64,000 bases of DNA from an uncultured Chloroflexia bacterium (lineage in GTDB: Bacteria > Chloroflexota > Limnocylindria > Limnocylindrales > CSP1-4): the NCBI GenBank assembly GCA_963779315.1, contig CAVZXQ010000003.1:162447-226446 (forward strand), written 5' to 3'. The notes below the pieces were generated by a model. The model did not search any database. It saw only the letters and a program-made list of their open reading frames with translations, and was not told the origin of the DNA. Numbering within the stretch: position 1 is the stretch's first letter; each line of letters opens with the position of its first letter. Position numbers and translations under genes: made by a program. Shown here piece after piece: positions 31,541 through 42,576 of this stretch.

Positions 31541-32706
31541 GCCCGATCTCTCGACCGGTCATCTCGGCGGCTCGCCACGCCGAGCGCCTCGACCGTGCCC
31601 TGGCGGCCACGGCCGACCATGGCCTCGACGGCCTGCTGGTCGGCGTCGGACCGGACCTCCAGTACCTGACGGGCTATCTGGCGATGCCCCTGGAGCGCCT
31701 GACGATGCTCGTGCTCTCGTCGCATGGCCCGGCCATCGTCGTTCCGCGCCTTGAGCGCGCGGCGGCCGAGACTGGCGTCCGGGGCGAGGTGGAGATCCTG
31801 ACCTTCGAGGAAGGCGCCGATCCGTACGCGATGGTCGCGGAGCGACTCGGTGACGGTCTTGATGGGATCGCTTCGGTCGCCGTCTCCGACACGCTGTGGG
31901 CCAGCCACCTGCTGGGGATCCAGGCGGCCATCGGTCGCGACGCGCGGTTCCGATCGGCGTCCATCGGCGTGGCATCCGCGGTGCTGCGCGAGCTGCGGAT
32001 GGTCAAGGATGCGGACGAGATCGAGCTGCTCCGCCTGGCCGCTCATGCCGCGGACCGGGTGGTGGCACAGATCGCGGCGGGCCGGCTCGTCGGGCGGACC
32101 GAGGCGGACGTGTCCCGGGAGGTCCGCGACCGGCTCCTCGCCGAGGGGCACGAGGATGCCTCGTTCGCGATCGTCGGCTCCGGGCCGAACTCCGCGTCGC
32201 CGCACCACGACGCGTCCGAGCGGGTCATCCAGGCGGGCGAACCTATCGTCCTCGACATCGGTGGGCGGCTCTCGGGCTACGGGTCGGACATCACCAGGAC
32301 GCTGTGGGTCACAGGCGGCGACGCGACCAACGGCCCGGACGAGACGTTCCGGCACCTGTTCGGCGTCCTGCACGGGGCGCAGGCGGCTGCCACTGCGGCG
32401 GTGAGGCCGGGAGTCACCTGCGAGGCCGTCGATGCAGCCGCTCGACGGCCGATCGAGGCAGAGGGGTACGGCGAGGCATTCTTCCACCGGACCGGTCACG
32501 GGATCGGCCTCGAGGCGCACGAGGACCCGTACATGATCGCCGGCAACAGCGAGCCGCTCCGGGCCGGCATGGCGTTCTCCGTGGAGCCCGGGATCTACCT
32601 CGTCGGACGGTACGGGGCCCGGATCGAGGACATCGTCGTGTGCGGCCCGGACGGGCCGATCACCCTGAACGAGGCGCCCCGCGGACTGTACGTCGTCGAC
32701 GGTTGA
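31537..32706 (+). CDS. M24 Xaa-Pro peptidase
   Basis: SPHH, DIGG, SDITRT, HRTGHGIGLEAHE, EPGIY and RIED. Confidence 0.95.
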   Translation: MSPISRPVISAARHAERLDRALAATADHGLDGLLVGVGPDLQYLTGYLAMPLERLTMLVLSSHGPAIVVPRLERAAAETGVRGEVEILTFEEGADPYAMVAERLGDGLDGIASVAVSDTLWASHLLGIQAAIGRDARFRSASIGVASAVLRELRMVKDADEIELLRLAAHAADRVVAQIAAGRLVGRTEADVSREVRDRLLAEGHEDASFAIVGSGPNSASPHHDASERVIQAGEPIVLDIGGRLSGYGSDITRTLWVTGGDATNGPDETFRHLFGVLHGAQAAATAAVRPGVTCEAVDAAARRPIEAEGYGEAFFHRTGHGIGLEAHEDPYMIAGNSEPLRAGMAFSVEPGIYLVGRYGARIEDIVVCGPDGPITLNEAPRGLYVVDG

Positions 32707-32778
32707 AGCCGGACGCCGGTATCATCGGTCGATGGCTGCTCTCCTGACCGGGCCCGCATCGACCGAGCGAGCCGCCGC

Positions 32779-33373
32779 ATGAGCCGGCGACATCACGGCC
32801 GTCCTCGCCGCAACGATCGTCCCCGCCCGGAAGGTCCGCCGTCGGGCGGCTCGGCCGAGACGCGGGCCGTGGACGTGGATGGGTCCGTCCCGGCAGCTTC
32901 CCCGCAGCAGGCAGCCGCCACGCCGCCGCCTTCCGGATCGACGGGTCCGGCTGCCGCGCTCCCCGTCGCCCCGATCCCTGCCGTGCAGGCTGCCTGCCAC
33001 CCAGCTGCCTGCCGCCCAGCCGGCGCCCAGCCCCGCAGCCACTCCGAGCGCTGGTGCCCCTCCGAACCGTCCGGCCCAGATGTACGCGCCGCCCAGTCAG
33101 GCCACCGCTCCCCAGCTCAGGCGGTTCATCAAGAGCCGGCCGTACGTGCCGATGCATGAGCTTCGGAGGCGGTTCGCCATCGAAGGTGGCGACGATGACG
33201 TCACGCCTGTCCACGTCGATCGCCACTGGATCTTCGTCGGCCTGCCCGAGCGCGAGGGCGGACTGCTCGGCGAGCTCCTGCGGGCCGGTGAGATCGGCTA
33301 TGAGCTGTCCCTCGACCCGCGGACGCCGATCGTCGTCGGCGTCTACCCGATGCGACCGGCCCCGCGCCCCTGA
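32779..33373 (+). CDS. Hypothetical protein, Pro/Ala-rich N-terminus and compact C-terminal domain (frameshifted)
   Basis: Coding-like C-terminus PQLRRFIKSRPYVPMHELRRRF...VVGVYPMRP. Confidence 0.6.
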
Positions 33374-33401
33374 CCCCGGCCCAGGGCCCGAGTGCCCGAG
33401 C

Positions 33402-35228
33402 CTAGGCCGCGTCCCCTCCTGGTTCGCCGTGCACGACCGCCGCCATCGAAGGCTGCGGGGTGCGCAGGTCACGGAGCGAGCCCTGGTCGATGCCGGCCAG
33501 GCGCGGCAGGTCGGCCTGCTCGGTGCGCTGCAGCCGGCTCGTCATCGTCGAGAGGACCGTGCGCTGGATCTCGGGCACGGCCATCGTCGCCCGCAGGGCC
33601 GCCGCCGGGACCTCGAGCAGCGTCGTATCGACATCGGCCACCACGTCGGCGGTCCGGGCACTGCCGGTCAGCGCCCCGATCTCGCCGAAGAAGTCGCCGG
33701 AGGTCATCGTGGACAGGCCGCGGAAGCTGCCTGCGTCCGGGATCCCGGCCGTCGTCGTGCCCTCGAGGATGAAGAACGCCGAGGCCGCGAAGTCACCGTG
33801 CTCCACGACCTTCGTGCCCGCCGGGACGTCGCGGACGGTGGAGTCCTTGACGAACGCCGCCCTCTGCTCGGGCGTGAGCTGGCCGAATACGCCGAGACGC
33901 ACGGCCAGTCGCTCGAAGTCGGCCAGCGTCGCTCCACGGACCGGGAGCGAGGCCATGGTCGGGGCGCCCTCGGCGGCCGCGAGGCGCGCAGCCGCGTTGC
34001 CCCAGGTCTTGTAGCCGAGGCCGGGCGCGACGAGCGTGAAGGCGGCCGACACGAACAGCAGCGACGAGGCGATGACGATCAGCAGTCGGATATCGATGAC
34101 GTCGGCCAGGCCGGCGGCGGCCATGCCGATCAGGAAGATGACATCGCGCATCACGTAGAACGCGGAGAAGACGCGGCCGCGCATCTCGCGCGGTGTGTTG
34201 CGCTGGAGCAGGACCGAGCGCGACACGGATGACGGCGGCTGGAGCAGGCCGGACATCATGACCAGGAAGATCGCGATCGGGATGGACGTGGCCATCGCGT
34301 AGCCGATCCCCATGATCCCCATCCCGACGAGGGAGAAGACGATCCATGCCGGCTCCGGCAAGAGCCGTGAGAAGCGCGCCATCAGTAGCGAGCCGATGAC
34401 GAAGCCGACCGACGTCAGCCCCTCCTGGAGTCCGTACTCGAATTCCGTCGCCCCGAGTTCCGTGATGGAGAACGGCAGCAGCAGCACGTTCCACAGCCCG
34501 AAGGCGACGAACATGAACGCGCCGACGATGAACAGGGATCGGATGACTGGCGTGCCGAATAGCGTCGCCATGCCTGCCTTCAGATTGGCGGCGATGACGG
34601 CGACGGAGGCATCGTCATCGGGTAGCGGCATCGGGTAGCGGCCCATCAGGGAGATCAGTCCGGCGCAGAAGATGAACGAGATGGCATCGAGGATGAACGC
34701 CCAGGTCAGCCCGACCGTGCTGGCGAGGAGGCCGGCGCCGGCGAACCCGATCGCGGTCGATCCGAACGACGCGATCGACAGGAACGCGTTGGCCGCGTTG
34801 AGCTCCTCATCGGTCGCCATCTCCGGGATCAGGCTGTCGTAGGCGGGATCGAAGAATTGCTTGACGCCGGCGTTGAGCAGGATCAGGACATACAGCCCGA
34901 CGATCGAGTCCATCTGGACCGTCACCGCGATGAAGCCGACGATCACGGACTGGATGAGGCAGGTCCAGATCATGATCTTCCGGCGATCATGTCGGTCGAC
35001 ATACACACCGGCGAGCAGCCCGACGACGAGGCTCGGGACCGCGGTGGCCATGAGCGTGAGGCCGACGGCCAGGGCGGAGTTGGTCTCGCGATAGACCCAG
35101 ATCCCGGCGGCCAGGTCGGTGAGCGACGAGCCCGCGGTCGAGACGAGCTGGGCGAGCCAGATCAGGCGGAAGTCGCGCGTGCGGAAGACCGCGAACATGG
35201 ACGGGGCGGGCGCGGTCGCGACGGTCAC
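33402..35228 (-). CDS. MFS transporter with C-terminal cyclic-nucleotide-binding domain
   Basis: About 12 TM segments, GVYVDRHDRR motif A and FFGEIGALTGSARTADV. Confidence 0.92.
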   Translation of the reverse strand: MTVATAPAPSMFAVFRTRDFRLIWLAQLVSTAGSSLTDLAAGIWVYRETNSALAVGLTLMATAVPSLVVGLLAGVYVDRHDRRKIMIWTCLIQSVIVGFIAVTVQMDSIVGLYVLILLNAGVKQFFDPAYDSLIPEMATDEELNAANAFLSIASFGSTAIGFAGAGLLASTVGLTWAFILDAISFIFCAGLISLMGRYPMPLPDDDASVAVIAANLKAGMATLFGTPVIRSLFIVGAFMFVAFGLWNVLLLPFSITELGATEFEYGLQEGLTSVGFVIGSLLMARFSRLLPEPAWIVFSLVGMGIMGIGYAMATSIPIAIFLVMMSGLLQPPSSVSRSVLLQRNTPREMRGRVFSAFYVMRDVIFLIGMAAAGLADVIDIRLLIVIASSLLFVSAAFTLVAPGLGYKTWGNAAARLAAAEGAPTMASLPVRGATLADFERLAVRLGVFGQLTPEQRAAFVKDSTVRDVPAGTKVVEHGDFAASAFFILEGTTTAGIPDAGSFRGLSTMTSGDFFGEIGALTGSARTADVVADVDTTLLEVPAAALRATMAVPEIQRTVLSTMTSRLQRTEQADLPRLAGIDQGSLRDLRTPQPSMAAVVHGEPGGDAA

Positions 35229-35279
35229 TCCATCCTCCAGAGGTAGGTCGCGGCACCGGCCCGCGCGCTGGCGCCGAGT

Positions 35280-35850
35280 CTAGCGTCGCGCTGAAGTGAC
35301 CGTGACCCCTTCGCGCAGCAACAGGTCGCGCTTGATCCGGAGCAGCTCCTCGCGGTCGCCCCAGCCATCGCCGCCATAGCCGCCCAGCGTCCCGTCCCCG
35401 GCGATCACCCGGTGGCAGGGGATGAGCAGGCTGACCGGGTTCCGGCCGACCGCCCCGCCGACCGCGCGTGCTGCCCCGGGCCGGCCGATCCGGCGGGCGA
35501 CCTCGCCGTAGCTCGCCGTCGATCCGAGGGGGATCTCGCGAACCTCGGCGAGCACGATCCGATCCCAGTCGGGCCGGTCGCGCAGGTCGATCGGAAGACG
35601 CTCCGGGGTCTCGCCGGCAAGGACGCGCTCGAGTGCTTCGACGCCCCGTCGAAGGAGCTCGACCGGGCCCGTCATGGTGAGCGGCGCCCATCGTCGCGAC
35701 GGGACCGTGCAGCCGGGTGGCCAGCGCGGCCTCGAAGTCGTCGGCGCTCGTGAGCCACGCGACCGCGACGATCCCGAGCGTGGTCACGGCCAGGTGGAGC
35801 GGCCCCCACGGGCCGGGCCGGCTGGTGGTCCAGGCGACAGGCGGATCCAT
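35280..35850 (-). CDS. ogt: Methylated-DNA-protein-cysteine methyltransferase (frameshifted)
   Basis: SYGEVA, ARAVG and IPCHRVI. Confidence 0.92.
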
Positions 35851-35873
35851 CGGCGCGATGGTACGCCGGTGAT

Positions 35874-35890
35874 ATACTCCCCGGGAGTAT
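35874..35890. promoter_or_regulatory. CsoR-type palindromic operator at the copA start
   Basis: ATACTCCC-C-GGGAGTAT overlapping -10 TATACT and the ATG. Confidence 0.7.
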
Positions 35891-38229
35891 GAACGCCACA
35901 CCGCTGACCGCGACCCCCACGACCACGACCACCGCCACCGAACCGGCCGCCGTCGAGGTGTCCCTCCCCATCGAGGGCATGACCTGCGCGTCCTGCGTCA
36001 ATCGGATCGAGCGCTTCCTCGGCAAGACGCCGGGCGTCGAGACGGCGACGGTCAACCTCGCGACCGAAGTGGCCACGATCCGCTACCTGCCGGACGTCAC
36101 CGGCCGGACGGAGCTGGTCGGCGCCATCGAGGCGGCCGGCTATGACGTCCGTGTCCGGCCGACACTCGAACCGGGTGAAGCTCCGGCGACCCTGGTCGAG
36201 GAGCTGTCCGAGGGCGATCTCGAGAAGGCTCGCGAGACGAGGGCTCTGCTCGTTCGAGCGAGCGCCTCGATCGCCGTCGCGGCCGGGATCATGGTCGTCA
36301 TGTTCGCGCCGATGCTCCCCTGGACGATGGAGCAGCGGAATCTCATCGCCATCCTGCCCGCCACGTTCATCCAGTTCTGGGCCGGCGGCCGCTTCTATCG
36401 CGCCGCCTGGCGCGCCTTCCGCCACGGCGCCACGAACATGGACACGCTCGTCGTCGCCGGCACGACGGCCGCGTGGGCCTACTCCGTCGTCCTCACTCTG
36501 TGGCCGATGATCGCCATGGAGGCGGGTCGCGATCCGGAGACGTACTTCGACTCGTCCACGCTCATCATCGGTCTCGTCCTGCTCGGCAAGTGGCTGGAGG
36601 CTCGAGCGAAGGGCCAGGCGACCGGCGCCATCCGCCGGCTCATCGGGCTGCAGGCGACCACCGCGCAGGGTGATCCGTGGCGACATCGAGACGGACATCC
36701 CGCTCGAAGAGGTCCAGCCAGGCGACCTGCTGCGCGTGCGACCGGGCGAGAAGGTCCCCGTCGACGGGGTCCTCATCGAGGGCGCTTCGGCGATCGACGA
36801 ATCGATGCTGACCGGCGAGCCGATCCCGACCGAGAAGGGCGTCGGCGCGACGGTCATCGGCTCGACGCTCAACACGAACGGCACGTTCGTGATGCGCGCG
36901 ACCCGGGTCGGCCGCGACACCGCGCTCGCCCGTATCGTCGACCTCGTCCAGCGCGCCCAGGGCAGCAAGGCGCCGATCCAGCGCCTGGCCGACCGGGTCA
37001 GCGGGGTCTTCACGCCGATCGTGTTCGGGTTGGCCAGCCTCGCGTTCATCGCGTGGTTCGCCCTGGGGCCGGACCCGGAACTGACCAACGCCCTCATCGC
37101 GTTCATCACCGTCGTCGTCATCGCCTGCCCCTGCGCGATGGGTCTCGCCACGCCGACCGCGATCATGGTCGGCACCGGGCGCGGCGCGGAGGCCGGGATC
37201 CTGATCCGCGGTGGCGAGGCGCTCGAGATGGCCCACAAGGTCACGGCCGTGATCCTCGACAAGACCGGCACGCTCACCCTCGGCCGCCCGACGGTGACGT
37301 CTGTGACAGCCGGCCCCGGGCTTCGACGTGGCCGCCGTGCTCGACCTGGCCGGCGTCGCTGGAGAAGGGGAGTGAGCATCCGCTCGGACAGGCGATCCGG
37401 GCGCGGGCCATGCTCGACGAGCTCGGGTTCGCCCGCGTCGAGGGCTTCGCGGCGATCGCCGGAGGCGGTGTCGAGGGTCGAGTCGAGACGGCGGACGGGG
37501 TGCGATCGGTCCTGGTCGGGAGCGCCCGACTCGTTCGTGAGCAGGGCGTCGACCTGGCCGTCCTCGACGAGGCGGCGGCACAGGCTGCAGCCGAGGGCCG
37601 GACCGCCGCGTTCGTCGCGGTCGATGGCGTCGCGGCAGGGCTGATCGTCATCAGCGACCCGGTCAAGGCCGAGTCCGCGGCCGCCGTGCGCGACCTCGAC
37701 GCGGCCGGGATCGAGGCGTGGCTGGTGACCGGTGATGGCCGGGCCACCGCGGAAGCCGTGGCCGCGCAGGTCGGCATCCCGGCCCATCGCGTCATGGCCG
37801 ACGTCCGGCCGGCCGACAAGGCGGCGATGGTCTCGCAGCTCCAGGCTCGCGGCCGGATCGTGGCGATGGTCGGCGACGGGATCAACGATGCCCCGGCGCT
37901 GGCGCAGGCCGACGTCGGGATCGCCATCGGGACCGGGCGCGGACGTCGCCATCGAGGCGTCCGACATCACGCTCATCGGCGGCGACCCGCGCGGCGTGGC
38001 TGCCGCCATCGACCTGTCGCGCGCGACGATGCGCATCGTCCGCCAGAACCTGGGCTGGGCGTTCGGCTACAACATCGTCCTCATCCCGGTCGCGATGGGC
38101 GTGCTCTACCCGTCGTTCGGGATCACCCTCGGACCGGTCCTGGCGGCCGGCGCCATGGCGCTCTCGAGCGTGTCGGTGGTATCGAACTCGCTCCGCCTGC
38201 GCTCATTCGACGCTCGCCCGACGGGCTGA
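35889..38229 (+). CDS. copA: Copper-translocating P1B-type ATPase (frameshifted)
   Basis: [33 protein letters not shown] and MALSS. Confidence 0.94.
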
Positions 38230-38255
38230 TCGACGTCAGGCGTCCGTGGGCGGCG

Positions 38256-39526
38256 TCACGCTTCCGTCACCCGCCGGAAGACGGCGACCGCGTTCTGGCC
38301 GCCGAACCCGAAGCCGTTGACCGCGACCGTGTCGACCTTCGCCTTGCGCGCGACCAGCGGCACGTAGTCGAGGTCGCACTCCGGGTCCGGCGTGTGGAGG
38401 TTGGCGGTCGGCGGGATGACCTCGTCGCGGATCGCGCCGATGCGCCGCCAGCGCGCTGGCGATGCCGGCCGCCCCGACGAGGTGGCCGATCATCGACTTG
38501 GGCGAGCTGATCGCGACCTTGTAGGCGTGGGCGCCGTAGGCCGCCTTGATCGCGCGCGTCTCGGTCACGTCGTTGAGCGCGGTGGCCGTGCCGTGGGCGA
38601 CGATGTAGTCGATCTCGTCCGGCGCCACCTCGGCGTTGCGCAGGGCCGAGGTCATCGCCCGGGTCTGGCCGCGGCCGGTCGGCTCCGGGGCGCTGATGTG
38701 GAACGCGTCGGCGGTCAGCGCGCCGCCGATGATCTCGGCGATCGGCGTCGCGCCGCGCGCGAGCGCGTGCTCGAGCGACTCGACGACGACGACGCCGGCG
38801 CCCTCGCCCAGGACGAACCCGTCGCGCGTCGCGTCGAACGGCCGCGACGCGGTCTCCGGCGAGTCGTTGCGCTTGCGACAGGGCGCCCATGTTCGACAGC
38901 GCGGCCACGCCCATCGGCAAGATCGGCGCCTCCGAGCCGCCGGTGAGGACGACGTCGCACTCGCCGGTGCGGATGAGCCGGAGCGCGTCGTGGAAGGCGA
39001 TGACCGACGTGGCGCAGGCGGCGACCTGGGTCATGACCGGGCCGGTCAGCCCGTACTCCATCGACAGCATGCAGGCGCCCATCGAGCCCGACAGCGCCGG
39101 GACCGCGAACGGGCGAGACGAAGCGCGGCCCCTTGTGGTCGTGGATGTGGGTCCCGTCGATGATCTGCTCGATGCCGCCGCCGCCGGTGTTGACGACGAC
39201 GCCGACCCGGTCGCGCTGCTCGGGCGACATCGCCGCGAAGTCGATCCCGGAGTCGCGGACGGCCTCCTTGCCGGCGCCCATCGCGAGGTGGATGAACCGG
39301 CTCATCCGGCGCGCCATCTTCGCGTCCATCACGGTGCTCGGGTCGAAGTCGAGGACCTCGGCGGCGATCTGGACCTCGAACGCGACGGGTCGAAGCCGAC
39401 GATCGTGCGCGTGCCGGTCACGCCGGCGACGAGGTTCGCCCAGTAGGTCGGGAAGTCGTTGCCGATCGGCATGACCGCGCCGAGGCCGGTGACGACGGCG
39501 CGGCGCGCCGGGTCCTGGGTGGGCAC
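38256..39526 (-). CDS. fabF: Beta-ketoacyl-ACP synthase II, copy 2 (frameshifted)
   Basis: AACATS, AHGTAT, KSMIGH and GFGFGGQN. Confidence 0.88.
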
Positions 39527-39610
39527 GAGCTCCTCCGGTCAGTCGGTGGCCGCGATCGTAGTCGTCCGCGCGTTGGGCGCGAGCGCGGCGCGCCGGAGTG
39601 TGAGCGGCGC

Positions 39611-40889
39611 TCAGTCGCCGTCGTAGCGCTTGAAGATGACCGCGCCGTTGTGGCCGCCGAGGCCGATGTTGTTGGACAGCGCGTAGCGGATCGGCATCTC
39701 CGCCGTCTCGGGCGTGACCCACAGGTCGCACTCGGGGTCGGCGTCGCGGTAGTTGAGCGTGCCCGGGGCGCGTCTGCTCGGCGACCGACATGACCGTCGC
39801 GAACGCCTCGAAGGCGCCGGCCGCGCCCATCATGTGCCCGGTCATCGACTTGGTCGCGCTGATGTCGACCTCGCGCGCGGCGCCGGTCGAGCGGGCCCCG
39901 AAGACCGTCCAGATCGCCTCGGCCTCGCGCTTGTCGCCGAGCGGCGTGGAGGTGCCGTGCGGGTTGATCAGGTCGACCTCGTCGGCCGGGACGCCGCGGC
40001 GCTCGAGCGCCATCTGCATCGCCCGGGCCGAGCCGACGCCGGCCTCGATCGGCTGGACCATGTCCCAGCCGTCGGCCGCCGAGCCGTAGCCGACGACCTC
40101 GGCGTAGATCCGCGCGCCGCGCGCCTTGGCGAGCTCGAGGTCCTCGAGGAACAGCGACCCGGCGCCCTCGCCGAGGACGAACCCGTCGCGGGTCAGGTCG
40201 AACGGGCGCGACACGGTCTGCGACGGGCTCGCCGGGCCGCGGCATGCCCATCCCGCGCATGTTCGAGAAGCCGGCGTGCCCGACCTCGAGCAGCGGCGCC
40301 TCGGTCGACCCGCTGATGACCGCGATGCAGTCGCCGCGCCGGATCGCCTCGGCGGCCTCGCCGACGTTGTGGGTGCCGGTCGCGCAGGCCGACACGATGC
40401 ACATGTTGTGGCCGATCGCGCCGGTCTCGATGGCGATCATCCCGGAGCAGCTGTCGGTCGAGGGCGTTGGCGATGAACGTCGGGGCGACGGTGCGCGGCC
40501 CCTTCTCGCGCAGGGCGTTGAAGTTGTCGATCATCAGCGACTGGCCGCCGGCGCCCGAGCCGAAGACGACCCCGACCTCGGTCCGGTTCTCGTCGGTGAG
40601 CTCGAAGCCGGAGTCGGCGAGCGCCTGCTTGGCGGCGGCGACGCCGAAGTGCATGCTCGACTCGCTGCGGCGGGCGGCCTTGGCGTCCATCCAGTCGGAG
40701 GCCACGAAGTCGTGGACCTCGCCGCCGACCTTGGCGTCGTACGGGGTCGTGTCGAACCGGGTGATCGGGCCCAGGCCGGACACGCCGTTGACGAGGTTGG
40801 ACCAGGCGGTCTGCACGTCGTTGCCGACGGGGCTGATGACGCCGAGGCCGGTGACGACGACGCGGCGGTCGTAGTCGGGCTTCGCGCAC
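39611..40889 (-). CDS. fabF: Beta-ketoacyl-ACP synthase II, copy 1 (frameshifted)
   Basis: SACATG, PHGTST, KSMTGH and NNIGLGGHN. Confidence 0.88.
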
Positions 40890-40899
40890 GCGCTGGTGA

Positions 40900-41871
40900 T
40901 CCTCCGTGGTTCGAGTGGACGAGCGACGGCGATTCGACGATCGCCGCGGATCGTCGGCGGGGATGAGCCTCGGCGTCCGGGGCGATGCGCTTGATGAGGC
41001 CGGTCAGGACCTTGCCCGGCCCGACCTCGACGAAGGTGGTCGACGCCGGCCGCCGACCATCGCCTCGACCGCGCCGACCCAGTCGACGCCGGCCGTCAGG
41101 TGCTCGACGAGCTCGGTGCGGCAGCCCTCGGCGGTCGTGATCGGGCGGGCGTCGGCGTTGGCGAGCAGCGGCGACCCGCGGGTCGCGGAACGCGATCGTC
41201 GCGAGCACGCGCGCGCATGCCCGTCGGCGGCCTCGGCCATCAGCGGCGAGTGGGCGGCGACCGAGACCGGGCAGGACGATGGCGCGCTTGGCGCCGAGCG
41301 CCTTGGCGAGCTCGGCGCCGGCCTCGATGGCCGGCCGCTCGCCCGAGACGACGACCTGGCCCGGGGCGTTGCGGTTGGCGACGACGAAGATGCCGTGGGC
41401 GCTGGCGCCGGCGACCAGCTCGGGGAGGCGCGCGTCGTCGAGGCCGATGAGCGCGGCCATCGCGCCGTCGCGACCCTGGCCGGACGCCTGCATCAGCCGG
41501 CCGCGCTCGCGGACGAGGCGGACGCCGTCGGCGAGCGCGAGGGCGCCGGCCGCGACGAGCGCGGAGTACTGGCCCATCGAGTGGCCGGCGGCGAAGGCGG
41601 GCTCGCGGGCGTCCAGGCCCGCGGCGGCCCAGCGCTCGCGGAGCGCCTCGAGGATGGCGATCGACGTCGCGAGGAGGGCCGGCTGGGCGTTCTCGGTCAG
41701 GTCGAGCCGCTCGGCCGGGCCGTCCCAGGCGAGCGCGCTGATCGGCTCGCCGAGGGCGGCGTCGGCCGCGGCGAAGACGGCGGCGGCGGCCGGCGACGAC
41801 GCGGCGAGGGCCCGGCCCATCCCGACCGACTGCGAGCCCTGGCCGGGGAAGACGAAGGCGATCCGTTGCAT
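40900..41871 (-). CDS. fabD: Malonyl-CoA:ACP transacylase (frameshifted; 3' end approximate)
   Basis: FPGQGSQ, AQPAL, GHSMG, AAHS and EVGPG. Confidence 0.93.
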
Positions 41872-41960
41872 CGTCCGCAGGGTACGGTGCGCGGACCGGG
41901 CCGAGGCGCCGAGTCCCGTGCACGGTTGCATGCGTCTTGGCGCTGGCGTACGCTTGCGGC

Positions 41961-42539
41961 GTGTCCGAACAGCGCCCGATCACACGCGTTCCGCGACGAC
42001 CGGCCCCGGCCCGCGCCCTCGCCCGCCGCTTCGAGGCGGACCTGTCCGCCCCGGTCCTGGCCGCCGGCAACCGGCTCCCGAACGTCCGCCAGATCAGCGA
42101 GCGCGTGGCCATGGGCCGGGCGCTCTGGCGCGAGCTGGTCATCGGGTTCGCCGGCCAGCTCGGGGAGCTGCGCCTCGGGTTCACCCAGCTCGCGGCGCTG
42201 TACGTCCTGGCCGACGGCAGCACGATGACGGTCGGCGAGCTGGCCGAGGCGATCGGCCGCTCGCCGTCGGCGACGAGCCGGCTCATCGACGGCCTCGTCC
42301 GGCGACGCCTCGTCGAGCGCCAGCAGGAGCCGGAGGACCGCCGCCAGCGGACGCTGCGCCTGACCCAGCGCGGCCACGCCGTCCTGCGGGTCGTGGACCG
42401 CGGCCGGGCCGACCAGTTCCTGTCCGCCGTCCGGCCGCTGCCGGCCGGCGAGCGGGCGATCGTGGCGATGGGCGTGGCCGCGCTGGCGACCCACGCGATC
42501 ACTCGCCGCGGACGGCTGATCAAGACACCCAGCGAGTGA
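41961..42539 (+). CDS. MarR-family transcriptional regulator
   Basis: VGELAEAIGRSPSATSRLIDGL...DRRQRTLRLTQRG. Confidence 0.9.
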   Translation: MSEQRPITRVPRRPAPARALARRFEADLSAPVLAAGNRLPNVRQISERVAMGRALWRELVIGFAGQLGELRLGFTQLAALYVLADGSTMTVGELAEAIGRSPSATSRLIDGLVRRRLVERQQEPEDRRQRTLRLTQRGHAVLRVVDRGRADQFLSAVRPLPAGERAIVAMGVAALATHAITRRGRLIKTPSE

Positions 42540-42576
42540 CGACGGTCCTGCCGACGATCCGGTGTGGCGCGCCCGG

